Shown here: positions 15,716 to 26,002 of the stretch, in pieces
Position numbering within the stretch: the stretch's first letter is position 1
Layout of the letters: the number at the start of each line of letters is the position of its first letter
Virus record (IMG/VR): IMGVR_UViG_3300017963_000243
Coordinates: 1 to 64,000 of that record
Direction: 5' to 3' (one strand)
Source of the DNA: an uncultured virus (IMG/VR IMGVR_UViG_3300017963_000243)
Taxonomy: Duplodnaviria; Heunggongvirae; Uroviricota; Caudoviricetes
DNA: 64,000 nucleotides
Position numbers and translations under genes: made by a program
The notes under the pieces: generated by a model
Told to the model about the DNA's origin: nothing
Database searches by the model: none
The model's input: only the letters and a program-made list of their open reading frames with translations

Positions 15716-16660
15716 TCACCCATAATAGAAGCCCGCATACGGATCATTGACGTAACGTCGGTCATGGGGACTGAAGCCTTCACGCTCAGGGCCGCCCATG
15801 GCCTCAACACGCTCCATGGTTTCACGCTCCTTCTGCTTCGCCTTCTTGGCGGCGATAGCAGCGAGAAGGATCGCACCCACGGTTGCTCCGGCGAACGGGG
15901 CCACTTTCTTGCCCTTCTCAAGACCCTCAATGATCTTCTCAGTGATGTGGATCTTACGCCGCAGACTCTCTTGGCCAATATCTAGGATAGGGTCGATGAC
16001 TTTCTTACCTGCGTAATACCCACCGAGGCCCCCCGCGGCACCGGCGACCCAGGGCATCGCACCACTCTCGAGAAACGCGACTTTATGCAGAAGGGTAGCG
16101 ACTTTCATCTCGGCAGATTCTCCCGTATACGCTTGAGTCTTGGCGCTGTTCTTCGGAGGCTTGGGCACGTCAGGCATCCCCCCGCTGGTGCTCATGGGGG
16201 CGGGCATCTTCGGAAACTTGGCGGGTTTCGGCGTCACGGGTGCGTTTGGGGTATAGTCGAAGTTTGCTCCAAACTTGTACGCTTCGAGCTGAGCTGCTTG
16301 CTCTTTCAGCGCCTTGTCGTTCTTCGCAGAATCGATCCACGCTTTCCCTAGGAGTCCTGCACCCACAGCGCCTCCAAGAAGGCCCGCACGTCGCAGCCAG
16401 CGATACTTGCCTGGTTGGGACCAAAGACGACGAACCTTGCCTACCGTGTGGTGCTTGACCTTCTGCGCCGTACTCGGACCCGTACCCTTGATGACTTCTT
16501 TCTCCATCGCAGGGTGGGGTCCGGGGGTACTTCCTGACATCCGCATGCCAGGAGTGAAGTCCGAGATGCCTCGAGCTTGAGCCAACTCTTTCTCTCGCTG
16601 CAGCAGGCGCTCGTACAGCTCGTCATGGCCGCCCAACGCTAGTTTCTCGAGTGTACGCAT
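15716..16660 (-). CDS. probable virion internal protein (Gly-rich hydrophobic segments)
   Basis: KLA and KVA motifs, glycine-zipper segments. Confidence 0.65.
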   Translation of the reverse strand: MRTLEKLALGGHDELYERLLQREKELAQARGISDFTPGMRMSGSTPGPHPAMEKEVIKGTGPSTAQKVKHHTVGKVRRLWSQPGKYRWLRRAGLLGGAVGAGLLGKAWIDSAKNDKALKEQAAQLEAYKFGANFDYTPNAPVTPKPAKFPKMPAPMSTSGGMPDVPKPPKNSAKTQAYTGESAEMKVATLLHKVAFLESGAMPWVAGAAGGLGGYYAGKKVIDPILDIGQESLRRKIHITEKIIEGLEKGKKVAPFAGATVGAILLAAIAAKKAKQKERETMERVEAMGGPEREGFSPHDRRYVNDPYAGFYYG

Positions 16661-16665
16661 TTATC

Positions 16666-17301
16666 CTACATCCCCGTGTTACTCAGTGTCACCGCGTAGG
16701 GAGTCTGTGCCGAGGCGCTCGTGAGAGGTACTCCCTGGAGGAGGGGCCGGTTGTACGGCTGCTCGCTTTTCAGGGCCTCTTTTAGTGCATTTCTCTGTAA
16801 AACGCGCTCAGCAAGCAGCCCCCGCGATACCTGGCGTGCCTGGCGCTCTCGTTGGTCTCCTTTGGCGCCCCAGAGAGCGCTCCCAGTCAGTAACCCAGCC
16901 CCGGCACCGAGCAGTGGGAGGAGTTTCACTGAGAGCGGAAGGTTCTTGAGACCTTTGAGACTTCGGTTCTTCAACAGCCCCTGTTCCAGCATCTCTTTGA
17001 AGGGGGCCGTAGTAGCCTTCCCGCCGAGACCACGAGCCAGGACACCTCCTCCGATACCTCCAGCGAGGGCGCCTCCCGCAGCTGGGCGCAATAACCCACG
17101 AGACCTCTCGGACTTAGCGAGGTCGTCTACAGTTTGCCCCTCGTGGAGTCCCCGAGCCATGCGCTCGACCATGGAACGGGGAGCCCACTCGGACATTCCG
17201 GTGAGCCTCTCCTGGTAATTCGGAGTACCCGCAAAGGTGAACGGGATTCCAGAAGGCCGGAACCAGATACCACCTGCGTGTTTCAGTAGTCCTTCACTCA
17301 T
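16666..17301 (-). CDS. glycine-zipper probable virion internal protein
   Basis: AAGGALAGGIGGGVLA segment; TATAATT motif upstream. Confidence 0.65.
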   Translation of the reverse strand: MSEGLLKHAGGIWFRPSGIPFTFAGTPNYQERLTGMSEWAPRSMVERMARGLHEGQTVDDLAKSERSRGLLRPAAGGALAGGIGGGVLARGLGGKATTAPFKEMLEQGLLKNRSLKGLKNLPLSVKLLPLLGAGAGLLTGSALWGAKGDQRERQARQVSRGLLAERVLQRNALKEALKSEQPYNRPLLQGVPLTSASAQTPYAVTLSNTGM

Positions 17302-17381
17302 GACACCACGAATTATACGGCAAAATCCTTGGTAAAAGAAGGGGGACCCATTGGCTTTGGAAACTAGTGGCTATCCCACGT

Positions 17382-17406
17382 AGAGGGACCTCGGGGTCCC
17401 TCTTTT
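17382..17406 (+). terminator. intrinsic terminator (possibly bidirectional)
   Basis: AGAGGGACC-TCGG-GGTCCCTCT-TTT. Confidence 0.75.
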
Positions 17407-17671
17407 AGCTTCTAGGTCCTTGAGCCCCTCCGTAACCGGACTGGATCTTGGTTGCGGGACGCTTTGGACTGTGCGTATGGACGTACCCGGCCTTGTTCCC
17501 TTTGCAGCCTGGATACGAAGGAATGACGGTATTCATAGTGACAGGACCGCTGCGCCATACTCGAGATAGGATGTTCCCGCAGTCCGGACAAGGCACCTCT
17601 TCTTTGGCGTCGCTGACCACTTCTTCGGTTTCGAGTTTGCAGCGTTCACAAATGTAATCGAACATGGGCAT
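17405..17671 (-). CDS. FmdB-family zinc-ribbon protein
   Basis: MPMFDYICERC...CPDCG signature. Confidence 0.8.
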   Translation of the reverse strand: MPMFDYICERCKLETEEVVSDAKEEVPCPDCGNILSRVWRSGPVTMNTVIPSYPGCKGNKAGYVHTHSPKRPATKIQSGYGGAQGPRS

Positions 17672-19489
17672 TTAGGACTCCGTCGTCTCGGATACAATAG
17701 ACATGTTAGCATCGAACTCCACTGAAGGAGCCGGAGAAATCTCTTCACAAAGATTGAGTTGAACCTCAGACTCCACCGGCGCAACACCAACGCTCATATC
17801 GTCATTAAAGTATTGGTTCTCCAGGTCCTCCACAGCGCTATCGAGACCCTCGAGAACAGGGGTAAGTCCGCTAGAGCTCCCTCCGAAGATCCAGCCGATG
17901 AGTCGCATGAAACTTTCGACTATCTGCTTACCGCTCTGAGCCCCCACGTCAGCTGCTGCGCTGGGGGACGGTCCCCCTGCCATCAAAATGACACCCGTAA
18001 CGTACTCATCCCCCTTATGGAATGGAGGAGAAGACGCGTAGCTGGAACGAAGAGACAGCGCTAAATCCTGTATGAAGAACGTGTTGCCACCTTCCCCCTC
18101 AAAGGTACGGTAATAGACCCCCGCAGTCGGAAGTTGGAACTTGAAGGTGAGCTGCTCTAAGGCATCCAAGATCTTGTTGACGAGCTCTTCATATCGCTGG
18201 ATCTCTGACTTCAAGAACTCGACGTACTCAGTGATGAAGTCCAGAGCCCCGACGAGCTTACCTGCCATCTTCTCGAGCTCCGCTACCAACAAGCGCAAGA
18301 GGTAGGCAAACTCCGGAAACAAGGAAGAGACAGAGGGAGTGCGTCTCCAGTCGGGAGGGGTACTCCCAGGAACAGTAGGGTAGGGGACAACACGAACAAC
18401 ATTAGAGGTGTACCAGTACTCGTAAGCGGTACCGTCGGACGTGGTGCGATCTTCGTCAGCACCGTACGCCCGGAGTTTCCACGCGATAGTGTAGTAGAAC
18501 GAGTCGTCGGGTTCGGATTCGATGTTCTCATCGATGTAGGTAACGTCTGTAGGGTCGTACGGGCCTTCAAAGACTACCTCACTGGGTCCAAAGGTAGAGC
18601 CATTAGACAACGTCCGAGTACCCATCAAGTCAACAACACTGTTAGCACTGAGTGCGTTGACATTGTTCTTGGAGCGAATGATAGCGTACCGCTCCGGGAA
18701 GAGGATGATTCCTCCGAGGTCAGTCAACTTGGTGATAGGAACTTCGACGGGGTCCCACTCAAGGAAGGTGCTGAACTTTCCTCCCGTGTCGTTTACTGCG
18801 GACTTTACGATGGGGGTCATGGCCCGACCCTGTAAGTTCTGAGGCCGGGGAGCTTTGGGGACACCGTCCAGATCAAAGTCGAAGAGTCCGAAGAGTTTCC
18901 AGATGTCATCCAAGAAACCTAAAGCATCGAATCCTCCGACGCCCATGACCAAGACCACACCGCCAACGTAATCGTCCTCATCATAGAACTGCGGGCGGTT
19001 AGTATCGCCCTCGTCTCTAAGGGATTCGATGACAGTCTTGAAGAACCCGTAGTTGCCTCCGTTGTAGCGGTTGGCTTCGACCAAGAAGTCGTTGAGGTTG
19101 TCGTCTTTCCAAGGAGGAAGGATCTGTCCGAGATTTCCAGGCTGGTCGGTATCCGCGACACCTTCTCCGAAGATGCCAAGGCTGCCTGCCCAATCTGGAG
19201 TGATGTCCCCCAAGTTCAAGAAGTTGGTAGCGAATCGTTTCCGGATAGGGACTCCCAAGATGTAGACCCCAACATCTTCGAGGAACCCCTCCACGACTTC
19301 CTTGATCTTATCGATAATGGCTTTGATGGCTGCGGCTAAGGGGTCGGTGAACGCAGTAATGAAGTTGAGGATGCTCTCGAGAATCCCAACGATGATCTCT
19401 AAGAACTCACGAATCTTGTCGATGATCTCCGATAAGTCAGCTACGGCCCCGAGATCCGGAAGATCGAGTTCCCATTTCTGCCAACCCAT
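17672..19489 (-). CDS. virion structural protein (probable baseplate/tail)
   Basis: 605-aa acidic ORF with a beta-rich centre and helical flanks, in the tail region. Confidence 0.6.
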   Translation of the reverse strand: MGWQKWELDLPDLGAVADLSEIIDKIREFLEIIVGILESILNFITAFTDPLAAAIKAIIDKIKEVVEGFLEDVGVYILGVPIRKRFATNFLNLGDITPDWAGSLGIFGEGVADTDQPGNLGQILPPWKDDNLNDFLVEANRYNGGNYGFFKTVIESLRDEGDTNRPQFYDEDDYVGGVVLVMGVGGFDALGFLDDIWKLFGLFDFDLDGVPKAPRPQNLQGRAMTPIVKSAVNDTGGKFSTFLEWDPVEVPITKLTDLGGIILFPERYAIIRSKNNVNALSANSVVDLMGTRTLSNGSTFGPSEVVFEGPYDPTDVTYIDENIESEPDDSFYYTIAWKLRAYGADEDRTTSDGTAYEYWYTSNVVRVVPYPTVPGSTPPDWRRTPSVSSLFPEFAYLLRLLVAELEKMAGKLVGALDFITEYVEFLKSEIQRYEELVNKILDALEQLTFKFQLPTAGVYYRTFEGEGGNTFFIQDLALSLRSSYASSPPFHKGDEYVTGVILMAGGPSPSAAADVGAQSGKQIVESFMRLIGWIFGGSSSGLTPVLEGLDSAVEDLENQYFNDDMSVGVAPVESEVQLNLCEEISPAPSVEFDANMSIVSETTES

Positions 19490-20245
19490 CTACTTCACCC
19501 GATTCATAATAGTGCGCATCTGGGAATTCTGGAGCACTGGAAGAGTCCCGAAACCCTCCAACCGGCTTGCTCCGTACCTACGCCAGAGCGCGTACACGTA
19601 CTCACAGTCCAGGAGGACAAGCCGCTTGAACGGTTCGAGTCTCCAACCCGGAGGAGCAGACGTGAGGTTATTTACGACGTAAAGCAGGTCGTCATACGCC
19701 TTGTTCGTGGAGTCTGAGGACGTGGTGCTCTCAATCTCCCAGTTGAACCTGCCACGACCTGCAGGAACCTGAATCGGTTTAACCGTCGAGACTACCCCTG
19801 GAGACGCGGCGTTCCAGAGCTCTGTAAAGAGAGCCGAACCCAAGGTGGTGTAGAGGTACGCGCATTTCCAAAAGTTCTCGTCGGCTTCCGTAAACAGCGA
19901 GGTGTACGTGGTATAAACACTTAAAGCTGCCCGGTTGATTTCACGACCATATACGAACGCACACGTCTCCATTTCCTGCAGCTGTTCAGTTCGGATGTTC
20001 ACGGTGCGCGCCTCGTTTACTGAGGCTTTCATGAAACCCACACGCCGATCTTTTTGGACTGGAGGGGACAACGAGAGGGAAGGGTCCACACGTAAAACGT
20101 GCCCCAAAAGTAGACCAACTGGAGCATCCCCACGCATGGCACCGACGGCACCTCCAAACTGCTGACGTGCTGTAGCGTAGAGACTAGCGTCCCGGACGGC
20201 TTTTTCGTCCGCTGCTCTCTGACCGCTCTGAAGATCCAGGCTCAT
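19490..20245 (-). CDS. hypothetical protein
   Basis: 251 aa, abuts the downstream gene. Confidence 0.65.
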   Translation of the reverse strand: MSLDLQSGQRAADEKAVRDASLYATARQQFGGAVGAMRGDAPVGLLLGHVLRVDPSLSLSPPVQKDRRVGFMKASVNEARTVNIRTEQLQEMETCAFVYGREINRAALSVYTTYTSLFTEADENFWKCAYLYTTLGSALFTELWNAASPGVVSTVKPIQVPAGRGRFNWEIESTTSSDSTNKAYDDLLYVVNNLTSAPPGWRLEPFKRLVLLDCEYVYALWRRYGASRLEGFGTLPVLQNSQMRTIMNRVK

Positions 20246-20473
20246 GTTCCCTCAGCATGTCCAAATCCGCGGCGGCGTGTTTTCGAAACTCGGAGAGGAA
20301 GTTCGTCTTCACTCCATGGGCACGAAATTGAGCCTGCGCCCGAGCTAGCTTCTCGTACGTCATCACGCGGATTAGACGCACAGTAAGCTTACCCAATTTT
20401 TCGAGTTCAGACGACTCCGGTCGCTGACGCCAAGTCATAGAGAAAACGATAACAGAGAAAGGAGCCTGCAACA

Positions 20474-20665
20474 ATGGGTAAACGAGGAGGCGGTACGTGG
20501 AAGCTCGTCTTAGTAGAGGTGGGGGTGGCACTCCTTGCGGTACTCGGTAAGGAGATCGCCAACCGAGCCTCCGAGTACATGGACGAGCGGGCCGAAAAGC
20601 GGAAAGAGAAGGCCAAGGAAGAAGATAAAGAGTCAAAAAGTGAGGGGGAAAACGGTACAAGTTAG
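20474..20665 (+). CDS. small protein with hydrophobic N-terminus and charged tail
   Basis: SD AAGGAG; 63 aa. Confidence 0.6.
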   Translation: MGKRGGGTWKLVLVEVGVALLAVLGKEIANRASEYMDERAEKRKEKAKEEDKESKSEGENGTS

Positions 20666-20715
20666 TGTACTCAGAACAGGCCGATAGACCGGTCGAACAA
20701 CTAAGGAGGAGAGAG

Positions 20716-20853
20716 ATGAAGTCGTTCTTCAAGGCGATCCTGATCCCGCTCGGAACCTACGCCGTCCTGCGCGGTGGCGAAGCCGTCGCCAGCGCCGTCG
20801 CCAAGCGCCACTCCCGCAAGAAGCGCGAGAGCGAGCAGAGCAGCGAGAACTAG
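20716..20853 (+). CDS. small protein (MKSFFKAILIPLG...)
   Basis: Strong SD AAGGAGG; followed by a terminator. Confidence 0.6.
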   Translation: MKSFFKAILIPLGTYAVLRGGEAVASAVAKRHSRKKRESEQSSEN

Positions 20854-20889
20854 CGACACCTCCCCGGCGACGATCCCACCGGATACTAC

Positions 20890-20919
20890 AAGACACGGAA
20901 TCCCCTCCGTGTCTTTTTT
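20890..20919 (+). terminator. intrinsic terminator
   Basis: AAGACACGGA/TCCGTGTCTT followed by a T-run. Confidence 0.8.
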
Positions 20920-20934
20920 GGTAGGAGGTTCCGT

Positions 20935-21561
20935 ATGGGTAAGTACTTAAGAGCGCGGCAATCTAATTACATTGGGTGTGCTGTTACGGGTTGTTCGAAA
21001 GACTGCTGTGTGGAGTTAGTGGCGATGCGAAAAGATGGGAGTAGGATCTACATTCCTGCCTGTCAGAAGCATATCTCCCAAGCTCACACAGCCAAGAGAG
21101 ATCTAGAAAGTGGAAAAGAGCCACGAGAGGTTAGGGTCCAGGTCCAGGTGAAGGGCGAGAAGGTACTCAAACCGTTAAGCCTTTGCGAGCTGTTCTACCG
21201 GGCCCCTGGAGAGCAAATCAAACATCGGTCTGAAGAAGAGCAAGAGATACTAGACAAAGCCAGAGTCGTCAAAAAATGGAAATGGGTAGAAGATTTCGAC
21301 ATGTGGATGAACGCAGCCGGTAAGACCGTCCCTCTCAAGGACCTCGAGTATAAAGAGCTCGAAGATTCGGCGTTGCTTATTCGACGTGTCAATATACAGA
21401 GACGCACCAAGAAGATTCAATGGATAACCGAGCTGGAGAAGATCGCGCCACCCATTCAATACGCTTACCCCGAGGACGAGCTCGAAGTAGGTATGGAAAT
21501 GGCGTACGCAAAACTCGACGAATTCTACGAGGAATACAGATCGAGAGGGGTCCTTCCATGA
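20935..21561 (+). CDS. hypothetical protein with Cys-rich N-terminus
   Basis: SD AGGAGG; 208 aa. Confidence 0.65.
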   Translation: MGKYLRARQSNYIGCAVTGCSKDCCVELVAMRKDGSRIYIPACQKHISQAHTAKRDLESGKEPREVRVQVQVKGEKVLKPLSLCELFYRAPGEQIKHRSEEEQEILDKARVVKKWKWVEDFDMWMNAAGKTVPLKDLEYKELEDSALLIRRVNIQRRTKKIQWITELEKIAPPIQYAYPEDELEVGMEMAYAKLDEFYEEYRSRGVLP

Positions 21562-21574
21562 AAGGGAGCGTTTC

Positions 21575-21925
21575 ATGGGAGATTGGTGGACAGACGTCAC
21601 GCGTCTGTGGGCTCAGGTTAGAGGGCACTACGTCCTTACAGACCAAGACGTAGAGCTTTACTTCTACAAAGACCAGAGGGTCTGGGACAGCCGACATTCT
21701 GGTAAAGTAGCATTCGCTTTGGGGCCTGTGGCTATGTTCCGGTCAGAAGAAGATATGACCCCAGAGAACATCCGGCACGAGCTGAAGCACTGCGAGCAAA
21801 TCCAGAAAGCAGGAGGGTTCCGAAAGTTCTTTTTGAAGTACCGTTACGGACAGCTCAAGGCGTTGATCCTCACGGGGGACATAGACATGAATCCCCTGGA
21901 ACAAGAGGCACTGGCGGCTGAGTAA
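21575..21925 (+). CDS. HExxH zinc metallopeptidase-like protein
   Basis: IRHELKHCEQ...NPLEQEA motif. Confidence 0.7.
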   Translation: MGDWWTDVTRLWAQVRGHYVLTDQDVELYFYKDQRVWDSRHSGKVAFALGPVAMFRSEEDMTPENIRHELKHCEQIQKAGGFRKFFLKYRYGQLKALILTGDIDMNPLEQEALAAE

Positions 21926-21930
21926 GGTAG

Positions 21931-21965
21931 AAGAGGCACAGGAGAAATCCCGTGCCTCTTTTTTT
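21931..21965 (+). terminator. intrinsic terminator at a convergent junction
   Basis: AAGAGGCAC/GTGCCTCTT followed by a T-run. Confidence 0.8.
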
Positions 21966-21969
21966 GGTT

Positions 21970-22881
21970 CTAGGCAGCGAGGATGGCGCTGATCTGAGCC
22001 AGCTTGTTGTTGGTCCGCAGATCAATTTGCGCGAAATCACCAGCCGCGCCGACGATGGGGGCCGCGATGGAGTAGTCCACCGTGGTGTCGTCGATGAAGT
22101 TGATGGTCGCAGCAGCGCCGCCGACAGTCAGGCTGTGGCCCGCACCGTTCAAGAGGCCCGAGGAACGCTCCGAGGCATGCGCAGCTACGATCTGATCACT
22201 ACCGACATCCCACACAGCGCGGGCAACCGCTGCGAAACCCGCATCGAGATTGGCGATAGCACCCAGCGTCGCCCAGGTATGCGCAGCGTTCGCGAAGTCG
22301 CTCACGAGAGCAACGTTAGCGGGAACGAAACCCGCCGCGTAAGGATTGGCACCCGTGGCTGCCGTGAACGTGATCGCCTGAGGATTACCGACACCGGCGT
22401 CAGCCAGAGACACCGTCATGTAACCACCCGTATTAGCGTCACCACTGAGAGTGGGGTCTGCGGTAAGTAGGTCAATGCGCAGGAAATTATTAGGATCTGC
22501 CGCGTCACCAAGAGTGACATGGTCCTTCACTTGGCCGCCCAGGAGGTTGACTCCCGTGATGATCCCGTTGGCGACACCACCACCGACAGACAACGGGCTC
22601 GTAGCGGTATCGATGAAGCTCAGCATCGGAACGCCTTCGTACCCGAATTCGTCGACACGCTCGTCTCCGTCAGAAGACTCCACGCTCCAGCGGAGGAGCC
22701 CCGAAGCTTCGAGACCCACCATCTGTTCACGGAGGCGCTCGAGCTGACCACGCGTGACATCCGTTTCGACATCGGTGGTCGGAGTCGTAGCGGGAAGAAG
22801 GATGACGAGCTTGTCATCCGTGGGGAACGGATCCTGAAGCGTCACGTCATTGACCAGGGCCGTAGCGATTAGTTTGGGCAT
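21970..22881 (-). CDS. virion structural protein
   Basis: 303 aa, Ala/Gly/Asp-rich, strong codon bias, TATACTT motif upstream. Confidence 0.6.
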   Translation of the reverse strand: MPKLIATALVNDVTLQDPFPTDDKLVILLPATTPTTDVETDVTRGQLERLREQMVGLEASGLLRWSVESSDGDERVDEFGYEGVPMLSFIDTATSPLSVGGGVANGIITGVNLLGGQVKDHVTLGDAADPNNFLRIDLLTADPTLSGDANTGGYMTVSLADAGVGNPQAITFTAATGANPYAAGFVPANVALVSDFANAAHTWATLGAIANLDAGFAAVARAVWDVGSDQIVAAHASERSSGLLNGAGHSLTVGGAAATINFIDDTTVDYSIAAPIVGAAGDFAQIDLRTNNKLAQISAILAA

Positions 22882-22976
22882 CTTTCAAACCCTCCGTTGT
22901 AGGGAGTAGAAACTCTCCTTCAATTTCGTTGAACCAAGTATAGGGCGTCTGTTGGTCTTATACAAGACGAAGATTC

Positions 22977-24533
22977 CTACGCTCCAATGAGAACTCGGAT
23001 ACTCGAAATGTTAGGCACCATGGACGAGATGGCGCTCGCGAATCCTCCAGGTTGGGGAGCCATGGCGGGGCTGGAGGGGCCCCAGGCGGTGGAATGAGTG
23101 TGCGTGTCCAGGAGACCAATAAGTGTAGACATCATGGACGAGAACGGCTCAAAGAGCATGGCGTGCATAGTGGCGATAGAGGGGCCAGGGCCTACGGTTC
23201 CTCCAAGAGCCACAGAACTGGGCTGTGTCGTATTGAGATTAACGTGAGCTTTCGTGGCGGGGATTCCGAGAGGATTCTCTCCGAATGTGATTGTCCCGTT
23301 GTTCACGAAAACGTTATATCCTGCCATCGCCGCAGGGCTAGCACCTGCTGTGGGATTGCCCAGCTCCAGGTAGTAACTTCCGTTCAGGATTTGACGATCC
23401 ACAGCGACATTCGTGGGGGCTGCCGTGAGAGGGTCACCCCCGGTGATAGTCTCCTGGAAGTTTCCTCCAACTTGTGTGACCTTGTTGCGGTTTATGGTCC
23501 GGACTTGATCGTTTCCGATAACCTTCTTGTCACTCTCAGAGGTGTTGGTAACTTTCTCACCTTGGATAGTAGTATTCGAAGACCCGGAGACCTTATCTAC
23601 GGTGTTTCCAAGAACCCTACGGTAATGGTTTCCGCCGATCTCTTCGCTTCGAGGAGCGCCGTCAGCATTGACGAGCTCGATGCCTTTGACTGCCATGATT
23701 TTTATTTGGCCGTCAGGAGTCATTTTGAGCTGCGAAAGAGTCTTTCCGGTTAGCGTCGTGATCCGCATATCGAAGAACTCACCGGAGTCTCCGATGTCTA
23801 AGCGGAAGGTCCACTGCTCTTCGTCTCCCCCCGTCTCGTTCAGTTGGTCGGCGCCTCCACGAATCTCGATGTTCCCGCGACCTTCCGCGTTACTGATTCT
23901 GAATGTTCCAAAACCGTTGTAATGCTCAAGGTCCTCGCAGATGGTCCGGATGAGATCGTTGTACCCGATGACTTGTATCTGGGCTTTTTCACTGCCGAAG
24001 ACTCGAGTCTCTTTACCCCGTAAAACAGCAACGTAGTTACCGTCGGGAGACATACGCACAAAGTCCCCCGGAACTACGTCATCAGGAGTTTGGATGTTTT
24101 TGTAGTAACCGGGGAGGCCCTGTCCTGTCATGGCCTCGGTGACTAGTTCGCCTTCGGACCCTGCCAGGGAAGGAGGCTTAGGAGCACGCTCTCGTTTCTC
24201 ACTGGACGCATTGATGTTCAAGACGCCATCGATGTAGGGGAATCCGAGAGAGGTGTCCACTACCACTACGGTTCCAGTCTCTAGAGGCGCGATAGTTCCG
24301 GGGTCCTCTACGCGCCGAGGGACTCCTGGAAGACTGCGTCCTCCTGCTTGCCCCGCTACGCCTCCCAGTCCCCGAGTTACCAAGAGGTAGGTGTCGGATT
24401 TGGCGTCGTAGTTCTGAACTTCTGCAAGGACTTTCGAACCTGGACCGAAGAGGTTATTTCGCATGGGCTGCTCGCCCAGCGCAGTACGCCTGGTCTCTTC
24501 AGAGGAGTCTAGATGGGGGGGTCTCCGTGGCAT
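22977..24533 (-). CDS. baseplate central spike (gp5/gp138-like)
   Basis: Beta-helix-like I/V.G.. repeats and C-terminal LDTHTH (HxH) tip motif; follows the tube gene. Confidence 0.7.
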   Translation of the reverse strand: MPRRPPHLDSSEETRRTALGEQPMRNNLFGPGSKVLAEVQNYDAKSDTYLLVTRGLGGVAGQAGGRSLPGVPRRVEDPGTIAPLETGTVVVVDTSLGFPYIDGVLNINASSEKRERAPKPPSLAGSEGELVTEAMTGQGLPGYYKNIQTPDDVVPGDFVRMSPDGNYVAVLRGKETRVFGSEKAQIQVIGYNDLIRTICEDLEHYNGFGTFRISNAEGRGNIEIRGGADQLNETGGDEEQWTFRLDIGDSGEFFDMRITTLTGKTLSQLKMTPDGQIKIMAVKGIELVNADGAPRSEEIGGNHYRRVLGNTVDKVSGSSNTTIQGEKVTNTSESDKKVIGNDQVRTINRNKVTQVGGNFQETITGGDPLTAAPTNVAVDRQILNGSYYLELGNPTAGASPAAMAGYNVFVNNGTITFGENPLGIPATKAHVNLNTTQPSSVALGGTVGPGPSIATMHAMLFEPFSSMMSTLIGLLDTHTHSTAWGPSSPAMAPQPGGFASAISSMVPNISSIRVLIGA

Positions 24534-24554
24534 CGTACGGAGACTATATCAGGA

Positions 24555-25328
24555 TCACGGATATTCGTCACTAGCGTCCAGCTGGTCGTCATTCAGTCCG
24601 GTGTTCTTGACGAGTGTGTCTGGATCGCTGTGGACGAAGCCGATGACTTGATCGATAGTAGACCGCGGCACGTTTTGCATCTGCGCCACCGAGGTCGGAC
24701 GGAATGGCAGGAGCCTGTCGCACATGCCACCCACATCTTCCATGACCATGTTCTGACCCGCAGTGAACCCGACCGTGTAGCTGTTGATCATGGCCAGCTC
24801 GGCGTAGAAACCGCCGATGAGGTCGTGCACCTTGTCCTTGAAGATCGCGCCGAGGCCGAATGGAACGTAGTAGAGTTCGGAGTCCAGGTTCGTGAACATG
24901 TTATCAAACTGGTTCTCGGCTGCAGGGTCATCCAGTTTCTGGACTTCCACTCCCCCAGCGACGGCGTTGTGGTAGAGCGCCCGCAGGAGATTACGGCCAT
25001 TGGCGAAAAGGCGGCCAATGCGCCACGTGGTCTGGCTCTTACCGCTGACGTAGAACGTGCGGCCAGAACCAATAGCCATCAGCGGCTGGGTCGGCTTCTG
25101 AGACGTAATCTGGAACGTCTGCATCATCCCGATAGCCAGCAGGCTCTGCCACCCGGAGGTGGACTGTTCCTGCACACTCAGCTTCCGTGGAGGACCCGCC
25201 AGTACCAGCGTATCATCGGGGTGAGCCGACGTGTACGCTGCGTTATCGGTGACGCGCTCAACAGAGTGCTGTTGGGAAAACCAGTTCCCAATACCCTTCG
25301 TGATTCCCAGTGGTACGTTACCTGGCAT
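24555..25328 (-). CDS. tail tube protein (putative)
   Basis: IGMMQTFQITSQKPTQPLMAIGSGRTFYVSG tube-like pattern; downstream of the sheath. Confidence 0.7.
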   Translation of the reverse strand: MPGNVPLGITKGIGNWFSQQHSVERVTDNAAYTSAHPDDTLVLAGPPRKLSVQEQSTSGWQSLLAIGMMQTFQITSQKPTQPLMAIGSGRTFYVSGKSQTTWRIGRLFANGRNLLRALYHNAVAGGVEVQKLDDPAAENQFDNMFTNLDSELYYVPFGLGAIFKDKVHDLIGGFYAELAMINSYTVGFTAGQNMVMEDVGGMCDRLLPFRPTSVAQMQNVPRSTIDQVIGFVHSDPDTLVKNTGLNDDQLDASDEYP

Positions 25329-25330
25329 GA

Positions 25331-26002
25331 TTATCCTCCGTACATCCGCTGTTGCGGGTACATCTGCTGCATCTGTTGAGCTGGCTGTGCGCCTCCGCGC
25401 ATCATTCCAAGAGCTCCGGCACCCATACCGGCGTAGCCAACCCCCCTACCTATGGCACCGCCTGTACCTTTTCCGCCGAAAAAGAGCGCACCTTTACCTG
25501 CGTTGTAAGCACCGGAACCGAGGAGCTTGGCTTTGCCACCGATCCCTTGAGCGCCTTCCCAAGAACGTCCTGCCTGTCGAAGACCGGCAGTGCCCTTGAG
25601 AGTAGCCTTGTGCATACCCTTCATGACCTTGCCCGCACCTTGACCCGCAGCGCCCACAGCTCCTCCAGCCATCTGAGAGAAGTTGCCACCACGCATTAAC
25701 TTGCCCTTGGTTTTACCGGCAAATCGCCCGATAGCCTTGGCTCCTCTAGCTAGCCATGGGGCGACTTTAGCCCCCACCGAAGCAATCCCTGCAATGATCG
25801 CGGGAGCGATGGCTTCCTTGGTGAGGTCAGTCTCTGAAGCAGCTTTTACAAAGACCCCGGCCACGTCTTCAGGAAAAAGATCGGCTTGGACAAATGCCAG
25901 CTTGACCCCTTCCTGAGAATACCCTCGGTCAAACATCGCCTGCGCTACACCCATCAGGTGTGCCGTTTTGACGATGATGTCTTCACTTACCTTCTCCATC
26001 AT
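25331..26002 (-). CDS. Gly-rich probable internal protein
   Basis: KTA, KAA and KEA motifs followed by a basic Gly-rich tail. Confidence 0.6.
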   Translation of the reverse strand: MMEKVSEDIIVKTAHLMGVAQAMFDRGYSQEGVKLAFVQADLFPEDVAGVFVKAASETDLTKEAIAPAIIAGIASVGAKVAPWLARGAKAIGRFAGKTKGKLMRGGNFSQMAGGAVGAAGQGAGKVMKGMHKATLKGTAGLRQAGRSWEGAQGIGGKAKLLGSGAYNAGKGALFFGGKGTGGAIGRGVGYAGMGAGALGMMRGGAQPAQQMQQMYPQQRMYGG

